A stretch of DNA of 63,130 nucleotides, filler included, from Sphacelaria rigidula (GCA_964200075.2; 10 parts of 10 records of this genome joined end to end with filler, not necessarily neighbours in it), one strand, 5' to 3'. Positions 23,429 to 35,718 are shown, counted from the first letter of the whole stretch. Notes: a model not told the origin generated them from the sequence alone. Made by a program: numbers and translations.

Positions 23429-23940
23429 GAAGCGACACATGCTTCCCGGACACATGCTTCCCGGACTTGTGTAAGTATCTTAGTGGTCGTGCTATCGTGG
23501 CGTCAGTGTCGGTGAACAGAACACGTCCACTCCCTTAGTCTCTATGTTCAGGACTCCGCGCGCTTGATTCGAGATGTGATACCGTGGTAGGGTACGCGGA
23601 GACGATGTGTGCAGTCTGTCCTATTCTCGTGTACGGCAAGAATGGCTACCATATGGTTCGGCAAAATGCGAGTGTCGTGTGGTTGCTGAACCGCGGAGCG
23701 TGATCATACTTTCAGTGGTTGTTCAGCAGACGCAGCGACATCGATTACGCCGGTCATATTTTCTTGACACGTTTGGCGTCCGCTTAGCTGATGCCCATAT
23801 GTCCCACGAAGCATACTCGTATTTAGTTGCGTTTACGACCCCAACTAGTGGTCGGGTAAGGGAAGATTTGGTGCTCCTCCTGTGGAAAAATCTATTGTCA
23901 CCCCTGTGCCATCCTCGTGCAAACTGTCATCCGAAATAAT

Positions 23941-24369
23941 CAGGGAGGGATAGGTGACACACGTGACACATTTGAACAAAACGGGAAAATCGTAACTTTG
24001 GGCCATTTAACGCTACGTAAGGTTTGATTTTTTGGACGAGACAAATGCAACGTAACGTGATGTAACATGTGGACCTGGAAGCAGTGTCTCTTGGTGTTTT
24101 CCAGATCTGAAAACGGCTGTTTTTGTGATGTTTTTACGTGACACGTGACACGTGACACGTGATATATTCACGAAAACAAGCAGAGTTTTCGTCACGTTTG
24201 GAAAGTAAAACGCAATGTTAGGGTTCATGCGAAGGACCACACGTTACATCACGTTACGTTACATATGTCTCATCCTAGAACTCAAATCTTACGAGGCGTC
24301 AAATGACCCAAAGTCACATGTTTTCGAATGTGTCACGTTAAAACGTCATGTGTCACGTATCCCTCCCTG
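23941..24369. mobile_element. hAT-like MITE (429 bp) with long imperfect inverted arms
   Basis: TIRs CAGGGAGGGATA / TATCCCTCCCTG. TSD GAAATAAT / GAATTAAT (7/8). Many GTGACAC/TGTCAC motifs. Confidence 0.88.
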
Positions 24370-24388
24370 GAATTAATAGCATCTTCTG

Positions 24389-25192
24389 ATGAATATATGG
24401 CAACACGCCAGCCTGTATGAAAGCTGCGTTGGCTCTCCTCGATTCAATTATCCAATTGCTTGCGGGCATAGAGAGGAAGAGCCAAAATGCAGTGCTCCCA
24501 CGAAGTGTATATGGTCAGAGAGGAACAGTCAAAGTGCAGTGTACCGGTATGGTCAAAAACGTCTATTTTCGGATGGCGTCGACCTTCAACACAAGCGTGC
24601 ACACATTTACGCTTCCTTTACGCGAAGATGCACGTTCACTTTTCGTCCCGCCCCACATCCTTAGGTTGTTCAAGCAGTTGCGCCGATACCCAACGAGTGA
24701 TTTGGGTCCGCTGCCGAAGATGTCGGAGATCGCATCTGTCAGTTTCGCCGAGAGGTACCTTCGGCGATACTAGTGTATCTTCATGTCCACTCTTCTCGTC
24801 AATTAGTATGGGATGAATCTGTGGGTGCACCAGCCGCGTGGGTTGGTGTGCCCACTTCCACGTGTGGAGACGTAACCCGAGTGTTTTCTCTCTCGGTGTC
24901 AAAACACTCGGGTCTCTCTCACGTGGAAAGGAAGAGTTTGCAAGAAGAAACATCATTATTCAGTGTCTGTCTTTGCATAACTGTGTTTGGGTGGGCGGGT
25001 GGTGTCTCAAATCGGTTCCTGCTTTCCGTGCTGTTTCTCGGTGATCAGGGATCGATGATCAATAAATAACTGGTTACGTGTGGGGCTCATATATCACTCT
25101 TACTTGACAGTCCCGTGTCATAACGCCTGCGGCTATATGTAGAACTTCCTGTCAAACGATCCTAGCGTATCTTCATGCCCACTCTTCTCGTC
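24389..25192 (+). mobile_element. Frameshifted ORF C-terminus followed by a ~392-bp direct-repeat-bounded unit (retroelement-like, family not identified)
   Basis: The ORF ends ...SVSFAERYLRRY* at 24773. CTAG(T/C)GTATCTTCATG(T/C)CCACTCTTCTCGTC occurs at 24770 and 25162, with an internal hairpin and AATAAA between them. Confidence 0.45.
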
Positions 25193-25339
25193 NNNNNNNN
25201 NNNNNNNNNNNNNNNNNNNNNNNNNNNNNNNNNNNNTTAATTAATTAANNNNNNNNNNNNNNNNNNNNNNNNNNNNNNNNNNNNNNNNNNNNCACGTCCC
25301 GTTCCTCCTTGTATAGCTCACATTCTGCCACTATATGAC

Positions 25340-25828
25340 AGAGGGGAGGGGCGGGCGGGGGAACCCCACCCGATGAGGGGTGTCGTTATGTCATATGCAG
25401 TGCTTGTCTTGATACACCTAGTATGCTTGTACGTATGGCTGTCCCCCGAGAGGTCGAAATATGAAACTTTGCGATTCTTAGTACTTCGGTTTGTGGCCTT
25501 TGGGGCCTCGAGTCTCGCCTGTAGTCGGACCTTACGTTCATTTCTACTTGGCCTCGCGCGTAGAGTTGGAAAGCCGGGTGCCACTCCCTAAATCCCGAAT
25601 GGCCACCTGCGGCACCGGATCTTCTGAGGTTAGCCATATGTATTCCCTTTCCTCATTATTATTTATCCCCGTTTTGCTCGTATCGCGTGTTGTGAGTTTT
25701 CAGTTTTCATCCAGGCCTATTTTGTTTTTTTGCTTTTTGCTAGCCTGCTGAGGATCACGGGAGGCGTCCGCATCAGATGCCTAGTACGAATGTACCGCGC
25801 AGATATCGAAACGGTTTTTAATGTGAAG

Positions 25829-25897
<69 letters not shown>
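25340..25897 (+). mobile_element. RTE-like LINE 3' UTR with long (CAA)n tail
   Basis: Aligns with ~105-602; (CAA)n at 25830-25897. Confidence 0.8.
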
Positions 25898-27046
25898 TAG
25901 CAACAAGTCCATGCACCTGCACATAGCCGCAGAGCTTCTCGCTACCTTTACCTTTCCATGACTCCCATAACTCAACAGCAGAGTTTACCAGATTATCCGA
26001 ACAAGTGGTTGAAAATATATTATTCTCCTGTTAATGTTACCCAGTGGGCTAAGTCTCCCGAAGTTACAGGCGGAACAGTCAAAATGAAATCACCAACAGA
26101 TATGCCCGACCGACAGAAGAGAGATCCGCGATAACTACCGAATTTCGGATGGCAAGCTGAGGCCGGGGCGGAAATCTGGAAAGAATCGAAAAGTCAGACA
26201 GGTGGCGAAGTAAATGTCCGCATGACGAGGGCACTCGGTTGGTTCTGAACCAAAACAAAATTGAACTCCTACGGCCATTCCCGCTGCACTGTTACTCGTA
26301 GGAACTGCGGCTTTTCAGGTTGTACACTGTTCCGCACCACCGCAGGCTCCCTGTATTTTCTAGTGCAACTTCGTTCATGTGATGGGAGACACACCGTGAA
26401 GCGTCAGGTAGCTGGCTGTGCCGCATGAGCGGGGCTTTGCTGATGAATTATTACAGATATATTTGCCGTTCACATTTTACTTTCTAGCGCCCATTCGCAC
26501 CTACTCTCTGCACGGTTCAGCCTATTTGCTCGAAATGATCCAGCATATCGAGTATTTTCGAAACAATTCGGGAGTATGTCCTATGTCGATGTTGTTCTCC
26601 TTGGTATGACTTGAACACGCACAAGATGCCGTGCATATGCGCCGGGTCTTTTACAACGACCGTGAAGCTGACCGTTACCACGGTGGTTTCCGACCCTAAA
26701 ATCATGTACGGTTGAGTGGTGTTTTCAAACTCTGGTTGCTTTACGGTTGCAGCAAAAAACCTGGTGCGTGTGCAAGGAATGTTCTGCGTGTGCCAGGCAT
26801 TTTCTGCGTGTGCAAGACATACCATGCAGAACAACATGGGTGAAGTCGCACTAGCGAATTCAGGCACCCTGCCGCGGTGCGGTGTATTGTGATGTCAAAA
26901 TTGCCGCTATAGTTTATTCTTTTTGTTTTGGTTCGGAACCAACTCATTGAGCTCCCGATAGTGGTACCGTCGAACCTGTACAATGACCAGCCTGTTGCCA
27001 ACAGCAATCAATCGCTCACAAGATCCAAAAAGACGGCCGACCATGA

Positions 27047-27180
27047 GTTGTTGTTGTTGTTGTCTTCACATTAAAAGCCGTTCCGATATCTGCACCGTAC
27101 ATTGGTACTGGGCATNNNNNNNNNNATAAAATAAAATAGATACAGAGTGAAAAACTCACAAAACGCGATACAAGCAAACA
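27047..27180 (-). mobile_element. RTE-like LINE 3' end, spanning a 10-N gap
   Basis: Reverse complement of the same 3' terminus with a (TTG)n tail. Confidence 0.75.
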
Positions 27181-28157
27181 TAAATAAAGAAGTGTTCCAT
27201 GATCATATGGTTGAACGATTATGCCAACGTCTGTGGTGCGCACTTCATTCATGATGTCAACCATTTATTCCGGCCATGTGGTAAACAGCCCTCACATAAG
27301 TCGCTCCTGGGGGTCGCGGTCCGATGTATGTTTCTCATGTATATTTGCCTCTGACTAAGCGTGCTGCAGGTCGGGTAATAAACGTCGTCTCATATTTGAC
27401 AACTCCAATCGAGGCATATGCAGGGCTGGTGTGAGGTTTTTGCTGAAGCTGTGTGGCCCGAGGAACAGGTGGGGTACTCTGAAGCTTTGAAATGCATTTA
27501 TTTACAGTGCTGCACCCACTCGTGGACAAATGCATGGATGGATGTGCATGTAGTGCAGTTGGACCTTGGAAGAGGAGTCAGTGCTGTCAAGCCATGCAAC
27601 ACCGTAATGGGCTGCATTTGGCTCACCTGTATTGGGCAAGTATAGAGGAAATTATGGAAATTCGGCGAACAGTAGAGCCCTACCATATTTGTGTGTATGT
27701 GAGTGCATGTTTGCTCATGGTGTGGTTTGTGTGGGTAGCTGAACGGGTTTTCTGTCTTCTATTCAGGAGCCAGGCCAGCCCAGAAACGTGCATGCGCGGG
27801 GCACACAACAACTTTTTCAGTTTTTCCGAATCAGCACAATGTAGGTGTATCGCTGTAAACTGCAGAATACACTTGATGATGTGGCTCTGTCGTGGTTCGA
27901 TTATCGGCGCAGTTTTAGCGATGAATTTACGGTACTACACTGAGCACCGGTAAAAGGTTACTCCAAGTGCTTTCCCAACCTGAACCGGTATGACTTTGGT
28001 AAACTCTACATCACAGACCGCTATTCCTTTCACGGCAAACAAAAACAGCCCTGTAAAAATGCCTTTTGGGTCCTTCTTCGTCGTTTTACGCCCCGAGAGA
28101 GAGCTACAGGTGGAGTGTGACACCACCGAAGACTTGCTATACTCGTTTCACGTTTCA

Positions 28158-28312
28158 CCCTTTGATGCCTTTGACAGTGAGGGTACGTCACCTGCTGAAT
28201 CGGCATCAATATTCACTTGAAAAAAGTATGCATGATCCAGGTACCCGCACCATGGTCGAAGGGTGAATATTGATGCCGATTCGGCAGGCAAGCTACGATC
28301 GCCGTCAAAGGG
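28158..28312. mobile_element. piggyBac-like MITE with a 26-bp internal inverted repeat
   Basis: TTCA|CCCTTTGA...TCAAAGGG|TTGA. Internal CCTGCTGAATCGGCATCAATATTCAC / GTGAATATTGATGCCGATTCGGCAGG. Core shared with 3577-3674. Confidence 0.6.
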
Positions 28313-28527
28313 TTGACTGTTGGACCGTGGTCCGGGTAGTCCATCCGGCATTTTGACACTCAAGTTTTTGAGAGTTGTGCTTTGAAATTTCGTTTGGAGA
28401 ATCGTTAGAAATGTAACATACAAATGTACCAAGGTACAGTGTGTATGCAACAACAGGGTTAAATCAAGACCGAAAGCTTCATCCTATCTATTTTCAGGTA
28501 CAGGTACAAACTGTCTGTACTATCAAA

Positions 28528-29247
28528 CAGGGATCTACATAACCCACTACCGGTAATTACGGGTTCTCAGATTGGCGGGTAGGTTCTATCGTTTTCACCT
28601 ATGTTGTCCGTCACGCCAGTTTTGGGGTGTTCTGTACCGGTAATTTACCGCAGGCGAAAGGGGACAATTATGTCCCGCCCTCGGGGTTTCTGCGCCCTGA
28701 TTGTTTTGTCTCTGCTGGTGAAGCAGGCTCCAGATGCCCTGTATGTGCCCATGCTGTGTGTGGTGCTGTGTGTCTCTCGGTGTACATCGCTGAAAACGGG
28801 GGCCCCGCGTTATCAACGGTACCCCCAGGTTGAAAATTACCCCATTTGTAGGTGATACTTACGAGTACCCCAAACCAATGTTACCGGTAATTACCGGGAC
28901 CGGGTAATGGACATCCCTGGTTTTTCCCGGGTTATTCCGGGTCGTCAAGTATCCCCCCCCCCTTCCCCCCGTCTTTTCATCAGAGCACATGTACAGCTAT
29001 GTGTGCATGTACATCGCGTATGCACTACTTCGTATTACATTTGATGTTTAGATGTTTAGATGTTTAGGCGCCGTGAGCAACAACGTATACAGTAACACAG
29101 CCTGCAACCCCAAGGTCGAGGGGGAGGTGGGGGTGACCCTAAATATCCCCCACTGCTTGCGGCTATTACCGGTATGTTCTATCATGATGAGATTTTCGGT
29201 TATCACCGGTAGGTTCTCTGGGAAATCTTTGGTTATGCACATCTCTG
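28528..29247. mobile_element. hAT-like non-autonomous element with ACCGGTA subterminal motifs
   Basis: Imperfect TIRs CAGGGATCTACATAACC / GGTTATGCACATCTCTG. Degenerate 8-bp flanks (5/8). Confidence 0.55.
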
Positions 29248-29809
29248 CTACTACATAATTTCGGGTGTTGTGCGCATCAGGTAATGTACTGATGTATCAA
29301 GCAGTACGAGTCGCGGTGGAGAGTTTTCAACAGGATGTGGCAACCGCCGCCCGCCAGTTGTGGCCTTGGATATTGTCCCCATCACCTTGCTACACAACCC
29401 TTTATGATCGGGTTGGGCCGCGATTTCCCTCTTGGTTGCAAGCGGCGAATTCTCTTCAAACAGGATGGGCGTTGGGCCGCAGATACAACAGTACAGTGCA
29501 GCACGCCTTTCCGAATGCAGCGGCAGCTGCCGCTGCATACTCCCTCATATGTTCTGGGCAGTTCTGCGCGACGGAGATCAGCTGCCTATACACAGCAAGT
29601 TCGTTACCAACGATTACATACGATCTCACTCCCGCTTGTACCGCTTCGAGAGGGGAATACGCAGAACTCGTGCCTCTAGCCCCGTCTGTTATCCCACAGC
29701 GTCGCCAGGTGCAGTCGCCTTGTGAACATGACCACATATATTGTAGGGGACGTTCATTCCCGAATTTCCCCCGAGCACTACGTGTTAGTGTTGTCGACTA
29801 GGGTTTACT

Positions 29810-31445
29810 TAGAGGTGGGCACCGGATACCAAAATTTCATAAAAACGGTTACCTGATGAAAGGCGTTATTTTCAAAAACAAAAAACGGTTAAACCGTCGT
29901 TTTTTCAGCGGGTTTAACCGGTTCACCGGGAAACGGGTTCAACCTGATGAACAAGAGAAAACGCCTACGAATCATTGAAGCGCAGGTGAATGAGGCATTC
30001 TTGTCGTATTTGTCGTGTGTGGTGGGTGATGGATACGCTCGAAGACACCCATTACCGGTGATGGCAAGGTTCAATCTCACACCTCCGCACTCCGCACCCG
30101 TGCAACACCTGTCGAATTTTCTAGCACAGTGGCTGGTGACTGGTGACAAAGATTTTGATGCGTGGTTAGAAATGGTTGGTAATTACTTGATTACTTGAAC
30201 AGCAGCTGCTGTTCAAATCTGGCACCTAACCCTAGCCAACATAGGGTATTCAAAGCCGAGAAGAAAAACTACACTCCGGAGTAGTAAACAGTAGTAGGCA
30301 CCTGAAATGTTCTCATTCTAATTTCTTCGTCATGGCGATTCTCCTAGACTCTTTCGCTTGTCACCGCCCATCATATTGGGGATCTGAAGATACTTGTATC
30401 CGCTCCACATCCAATAAAAACAAACATCATCTATGCTCACCATTGAGTGACTTGGACTGACTGGTCATCAGGGGTCCTGCAATCTTTCAGCACAAATTCT
30501 GAATCGTCAGAATTTTCGGTCGATCAAGCCTGCCCCGATCGTTATTGTGAAAAAATGTACAGTTTTTTTTATTATTTATCTACTTACTCCCTACACCAGA
30601 GCCGAGTAACTGTGTTTCACGGTCAATAATATCCTCCTTATAAACGGGGTATCTGCTCGTATCGCCCGATACCACCATGTAACACTAACTCGGGCGATGT
30701 TTTTTTCAGGACTATCTGCTTATTTTACCAAAATCTATCGACCCTAGCAATTTGGAGCTCTGTCAAAGAGTAGTACGCGAGAATATCACCCTGAACAGTT
30801 CAGTCGTCCAGTACCGTATGCACCCCACACCCCGCCCGCCCCTGCAACGTAGTGCCCAACGATACGAGGGAGCAGCAGGGGTCATGCCATTCCTCAACTT
30901 TGTATGGAAAAAGCGTACCGCTCCTGTGTCGATAAACAGCGAACCAGCGGACAACAGAAAACCCACACTAGACGCTGGAAACCACGCCAAACCACGCAAA
31001 CACACCCTTTCCCTAGGCGAGTTCCCTCTACAGAATGAACGATGACGCAATAATCGTAGCGATAGGCGACAAGACATCGCATCAACTTTTGTCACGAAGA
31101 AACACCAACATCATTATCGTTTCCCAGTGAGGAAACTGAAGCAAATCTTCAGAGTAAACAGAAGTTCACACCTACTCCTTTTGCCTAAAAAACGCGCAGT
31201 CTGACTCTTTGTGTAGGGATGACATGTAGTGTGACATGTAGCGTTTGACGTGTCGTATGTCACGCTTTCGCTACCAACTTCAAACTTCGCAAATGAATCG
31301 GTAAAATCGGTTCACCGGGAAACCTATTTCACCGCTATAATAAAACCTCCTTCTGTCGGTTTAACCGGTTTTCCGGTGAACCGGTTCAACCGGCAAAAAA
31401 ATACTCCGGTGTTGAAGTTTCAGAACCGTAACCGGTCAACGCCTA
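29810..31445 (-). mobile_element. Internally deleted hAT-like DNA transposon
   Basis: Ends TAGAGGTGGGCACCGG / CCGGTCAACGCCTA, with clustered AACCGG motifs at both ends. Possible decayed minus-strand transposase traces: WCFFV..MSCRL near 31070-31110 and MMGGDKRKSLGE near 30340-30375. Confidence 0.55.
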
Positions 31446-31447
31446 TT

Positions 31448-31515
31448 AACAACAAATTGTGAGAATTGAGGTTTAACTTCGAGATGAGGCTCAAGCCTAA
31501 AACAGTGCTTTCCCC
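31448..31515. mobile_element. Terminus of a young repeat, near-identical to 44095-44161; both copies lie at contig ends
   Basis: AACAAC(A/G)AATTGTGAGAATTGAGGTTTAACTTCGAGATGAGGCTCAAGCCTAAAACAGTGCTTTCCC; one mismatch between the copies. Confidence 0.8.
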
Positions 31516-32179
31516 NNNNNNNNNNNNNNNNNNNNNNNNNNNNNNNNNNNNNNNNNNNNTTAATTAATTAANNNNNNNNNNNNNNNNNNNNNNNNNNNNN
31601 NNNNNNNNNNNNNNNGAAAAGACCCTCCCCACGCCGTACCGCCAAGACCGGCCGTGGCCTTAGTCGGAGGACGGGGAACGTATATCAACACGTTTTGATT
31701 GAAACCAAAGGACAAATACAGCAGCAGCGGACAAACCAATAACGCACTACTTGGGGGGCGGCGGCGGCGGGGGGGCGGGGGGGGGCGTGGTGGACATACC
31801 CAGTACCCAACAACCAGTTGCTGCTAGTAATAAAGCTTTCCGCATATGACCAACTGATTTTATCAAGTGATTGTCAGACATGAAGAAGCCACCAACACAG
31901 TCGGGGCAATAGGATAGACTGTTCCACCACGTAAAAATGGGAACGTCATTCTACTTTTGAGTAAAAGGAAACGAGGTGAGAAAGGACAAACCTTCCAGAG
32001 TATAATGGAGGGAGGAAGAAAGAAAAGACGAGGAAAAGACCAAACGGCAGGTAGGGATCCCGAAAAAAGCGATCAATCCCCTCCTACGTGGCGGTGTGGG
32101 TGAGTCGTACAGAGAAACAATGTGTTGAATCAGGTCACACCTCCTATATGTAGACACCACACTTCGCGGGTACAAAGTC

Positions 32180-32524
32180 TCACCCGCCAACTCTGCGGGA
32201 GAGAGACACCAACACGAATATGACCCGTAGATATCTATTATACAAATAGTGGAAGCGGAAAAGGGAGGTCAACTATGAGATCTAGATATCGCTAAATTTG
32301 CCGGCAAGAAAAGTCAATGACAGACAGGACAGGACAGGACAGGTATATGTGTCCGTTTTCGTTAAATATGACCAAAGATAACAAGTATTGATTGATCGTT
32401 GGACATACCCGCACGTCGTAAACTCAACAACGACATACAGGAGACAAACGAAAACACACGAAGACGAAGAAATAACAGGAAGGGTCGGAAAGGAGAGGAG
32501 AACAGACATGGTCCCGTGATACAT
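32180..32524 (-). mobile_element. Possible LTR with adjacent TGGCG-type PBS
   Basis: Minus strand begins TGTATCACGG and ends ...CCCGCA GAGT TGGCGGGTGAG; pyrimidine-rich, LTR-like composition. No second copy in the window. Confidence 0.3.
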
Positions 32525-32696
32525 CTAAAAAAGTACTGGTCCTGCTAAAACATTGAAACGAGAAGGAGAATGCCCGCTGTTTCTGCATGGCTTTCGGTGA
32601 GGAGGCCGTACAAAACCAGCAAAACCAAAATCAAGGAAACGCGGGAATAGACAAGGCTGTGGACGCAGGTTGCGAGCTGTCTGGAAACACTGTTCA

Positions 32697-33164
32697 GGCC
32701 GGATGTTTTGGCTCACAGATCGTTCACTTTTGGGATGTTCGAGCCACTTCTTCACACCAAAACAGGGAAATTCGTCAACACACGTTTTGGACACTTTGCA
32801 TCACCTCACAGAGAGGAGCCTAGTCTGCTTTTCAGATTTGCTTGGCTCCAAGGTTTCGAGAGCGGCCGCTATACAATACTCCGTGTGCAAAAAAATCTAC
32901 GGCGATCTCCCCATATTATTGGGCAAACTGGCGGGGGACGGCAAGCACAGATTTTCGAACGCGAATTTTTTATCAGCGGCCAATATCGTAACCTCGGAGC
33001 CAAGCAAATTTGTGGGGCAGACTAGACTCCTCTCTGTGGGGTGATGCAAAGTGTCCGAGACGTGTGTTGGCGGTTTTCCCTGTTTGGGGGTAAAAAGGTG
33101 GGTCAAACGTCTCATAAGTGAACGATCCCGTTGGCCAAAAATTTGTGTGCCATGACATCCGGCC
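32697..33164. mobile_element. PIF/Harbinger (Tourist)-like MITE with very long TIRs
   Basis: TCA|GGCCGGATG...CATCCGGCC|TTA, with ~170-190-bp imperfect arms. A second copy lies in the opposite orientation at 41655-42106. Confidence 0.75.
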
Positions 33165-33270
33165 TTAGCACGAATTTGGGCGTGAATTTTGCGTCCAAAT
33201 ATGAACGGGGTTGAGACAGATGTCAACGCCGCTACCTTAAACGTGCCACGCTGGTGAGCCAAGTCTGCAC

Positions 33271-33433
33271 CTGTATGATTTTCGTACGTGTCTTCGTGTG
33301 CGGCTCAAGCCTCAAGTCCGAAAGTTTCGACATTGACTTGAAGCGTGGGATAAATAACCTACCCCTGGTTCGAGGGTACATCTGGAAGACCCTCCCAGCA
33401 CGAACTACGGGGCTGAATGCGGAATGCATTCGC
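33271..33433 (-). CDS. Possible internal exon, unknown product
   Basis: TTATTCACAG| acceptor and CAG|GTGCAG donor; one open frame RMHSAFSPVVRAG...TKIIQ. Confidence 0.35.
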
Positions 33434-33655
33434 CTGTGAATAAAAAGGACATACCCAAGCAAAAGGGTCCAGCATGATGAGACTATTTTGGAATGCCTTC
33501 GCTGTCACGATCGCAGCTCAGCCGTTTACTGTGCGAGTTGGAACGTGTCCGCAGCGTGACGCCCTTTCCGGTGAACACGACGGCTGACATATCTTCAACA
33601 CAACTACAACATTGCACCACCCCTGCATGGATCCCCGGTACACGCCTAATGGTAC

Positions 33656-33780
33656 CTAAATGTTGGAGGTATGTCCATTAGGAGTAGGAACGGTGCTTGG
33701 TCTTGAGAGGGATGCATGGTCGAAGGTCAAACGACCAAGCCAAGTAACACATGAAGATGCCTCCCCCCTACCCCCTGCTC
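33656..33780 (+). mobile_element. LINE family B, 3' fragment
   Basis: Encodes PNVGGMSIRSRNGA-like sequence, then the GGGATGC..GGTC..GGTCAAACGAC end and a C-rich tail. Confidence 0.7.
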
Positions 33781-34282
33781 CACGCCTTACAATTTGGTCT
33801 CCCTCACCGTTGTCAGCGCTTCCGCACCGCGTCAACTCTCATCAAACCAACTCAGTCAACCTTACTCCTTACTCCTTACTCTCGAATCATTGATGACGTA
33901 CTATTGATAAAACGCTTCCGACGATGGAAATCGGATACCTCCGAGGAAAAACCCCACGCATCGGGATTTGAACCCTCGTTCTTTCCACCCTAACGGCGAC
34001 AATAGAATGTTTTAATTTAGACCACCCGCGGCGCTGAAGTTTCCGAACGCTCAAACAACAGAAATATCGTGAGAAAAAAAATTACACCTGCTACTATTCA
34101 GCGAACGAGGAAAACCTCCGAGAAATATCTGAAAATTAACAATATTTCGAATGGTAACCCAGGAAAAAAATTGCACTTTCAAGACGCAGATAGGCTTTAT
34201 CATCACCAACATCTCCATCTTTAAAACCTGTTGTTTTGTGTCGAACGTAAAATAGTTTATTTTTACTGCCTGTGACTATAGA

Positions 34283-34530
34283 ATGGCGTGCCGAGCGGGA
34301 GCGTTAGGTTTGATCTGCAGTAGTGCGGATGGTCGCCTGCGGCACTGAACCTCATGGGGTTAGTACGATTTTGTTCTGTAGTATCGTTTTTGCTCCAAGG
34401 TTTCGGGGTCCTACTTGATCTTCGTTTCATTCCCTCATCTTGACTCTTTTGGATAGTTGGCCTATGACCACAAGAGGCGTCCGCATCACATGACCAGAGC
34501 GGAAGTCAAGAGTACAGAACAACAACAAGA
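34283..34530 (+). mobile_element. Old diverged copy of the RTE-like 3' UTR
   Basis: GGATGGTCGCCTGCGGCACTG...GACCACAAGAGGCGTCCGCATCA...AACAACAAC. Confidence 0.55.
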
Positions 34531-34951
34531 CATGATATAACGGAACAAAGAATTCCAGATTATTATCCGCACCTCAACATAGCATATTTCCGGGAAAAGA
34601 TGTTTCAAAAATGCTTTCAATCAATTTTGTCAAAATCATATTTCTTCAACTGCTCTAGATGGTGATGATATACTTTGAATCAAACGATGAGAAAACATTT
34701 TTGAGGCACCCATCACCCAAAACCCTCACCATACTGCATTTCGAACGTCACCATTTATAGGGAAAAATACTACCAAGAATTCGAAGCTGAGGGGTGAAAA
34801 AGGATTGGATTAGTCCTGAAGCGTAGATCAATACAGGCTCAATGACAATGAATGCCCGAAATTTATTGATCAGCGAAGGCTTTGGGGTGTCTATTCAATA
34901 GTTACATACGCCGTATTATACTGACCACCATGGACAAGTGAAAAGGGTAAC

Positions 34952-35116
34952 CTGGCTGGGATTTCGTTCAAGGTCCTGAGGGTGACGGTAAGGGACGAAC
35001 AGGTACCTGGACCTCTCAGTGGCCTTTAAATTGTTGGAAAGGTTCTGTCGCACGGCCGCATTGAAGAGAGCTGCCTCGACTGACCTACCGAACTCGATGC
35101 AACGCCGTCGCAAATA
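34952..35116 (-). CDS. Possible internal exon, unknown product
   Basis: TTTTGTAG| acceptor and CAG|GTTACC donor; 55 open codons YLRRRCIEFGRSVEAALFNAAVRQ...LERNPSQ. Confidence 0.4.
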
Positions 35117-35646
35117 CTACAAAACTCAACACGCCGTCATCACATTACGCGAAGAGCAAGGTAATGCTATTATTATACTGCATTTTGCTCTCCATCGTCA
35201 AACAGCAACTCTCGTGACAGAAAAGGAGGCAGGATAAAAAAAACGAAACATGCAATTGGAAGAAAACCACAATTTCTTCGGGGGTAGTGTATCATCACAT
35301 CAGCCGGACCCATCAGACAAAACCACGGTATCTCCATCACAACGTACATATCGGAATTTCACAAAAAAAAAAGTGTCGCACTTGAGATATGAACAAACGG
35401 AAAGGCCGACACAGACCTCGTCGTACGTGGAGGTCGGTTGTTCCGGAGCAATTGTCATGCCTATACCTGTCATATCTCGATGTCGGAGGCTGAGTACAAG
35501 ATACTTTCTGTGTTCACGCCCGTGGTCCCTTCAGCACACACCGAGTGAAAAGTTGCAACCATCACCCTCACATTTCTAACCGTTGCCGGTACATTTTCTA
35601 TTTTCCTGGGGAGAGACGATAACAGTAGTTTTATCTAGACTCTCAC

Positions 35647-35718
35647 CCGTTAACTGGCAACAAGACAGGTTGAGCTCCTCGAGAGCATCCAGCTCCCCAA
35701 GCTTCGCCGGTAGTGAAC
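35647..35718 (-). CDS. 72-nt exon encoding one 24-aa leucine-rich repeat
   Basis: GCAG| acceptor and |GTGAGA donor, phase 1/1. GSLPAKLGELDALEELNLSCCQLT(G) fits the GxIPxELGxLxxLxxLxLxxNxLT consensus. Too short to appear in the ORF track. Confidence 0.8.

Noticed and set aside
24386..24445. Hammerhead-like core CTGATGA...GAAA
   Set aside because: A stem II can be drawn, but no stem I pairing closes the three-way junction, and the segment overlaps the ORF remnant.
25781..25975. Poly-Cys ORF (and the poly-Ile tail of ORF 52488-52817)
   Set aside because: These are translations of the (CAA)n LINE tail and an intronic (AAT)n microsatellite.
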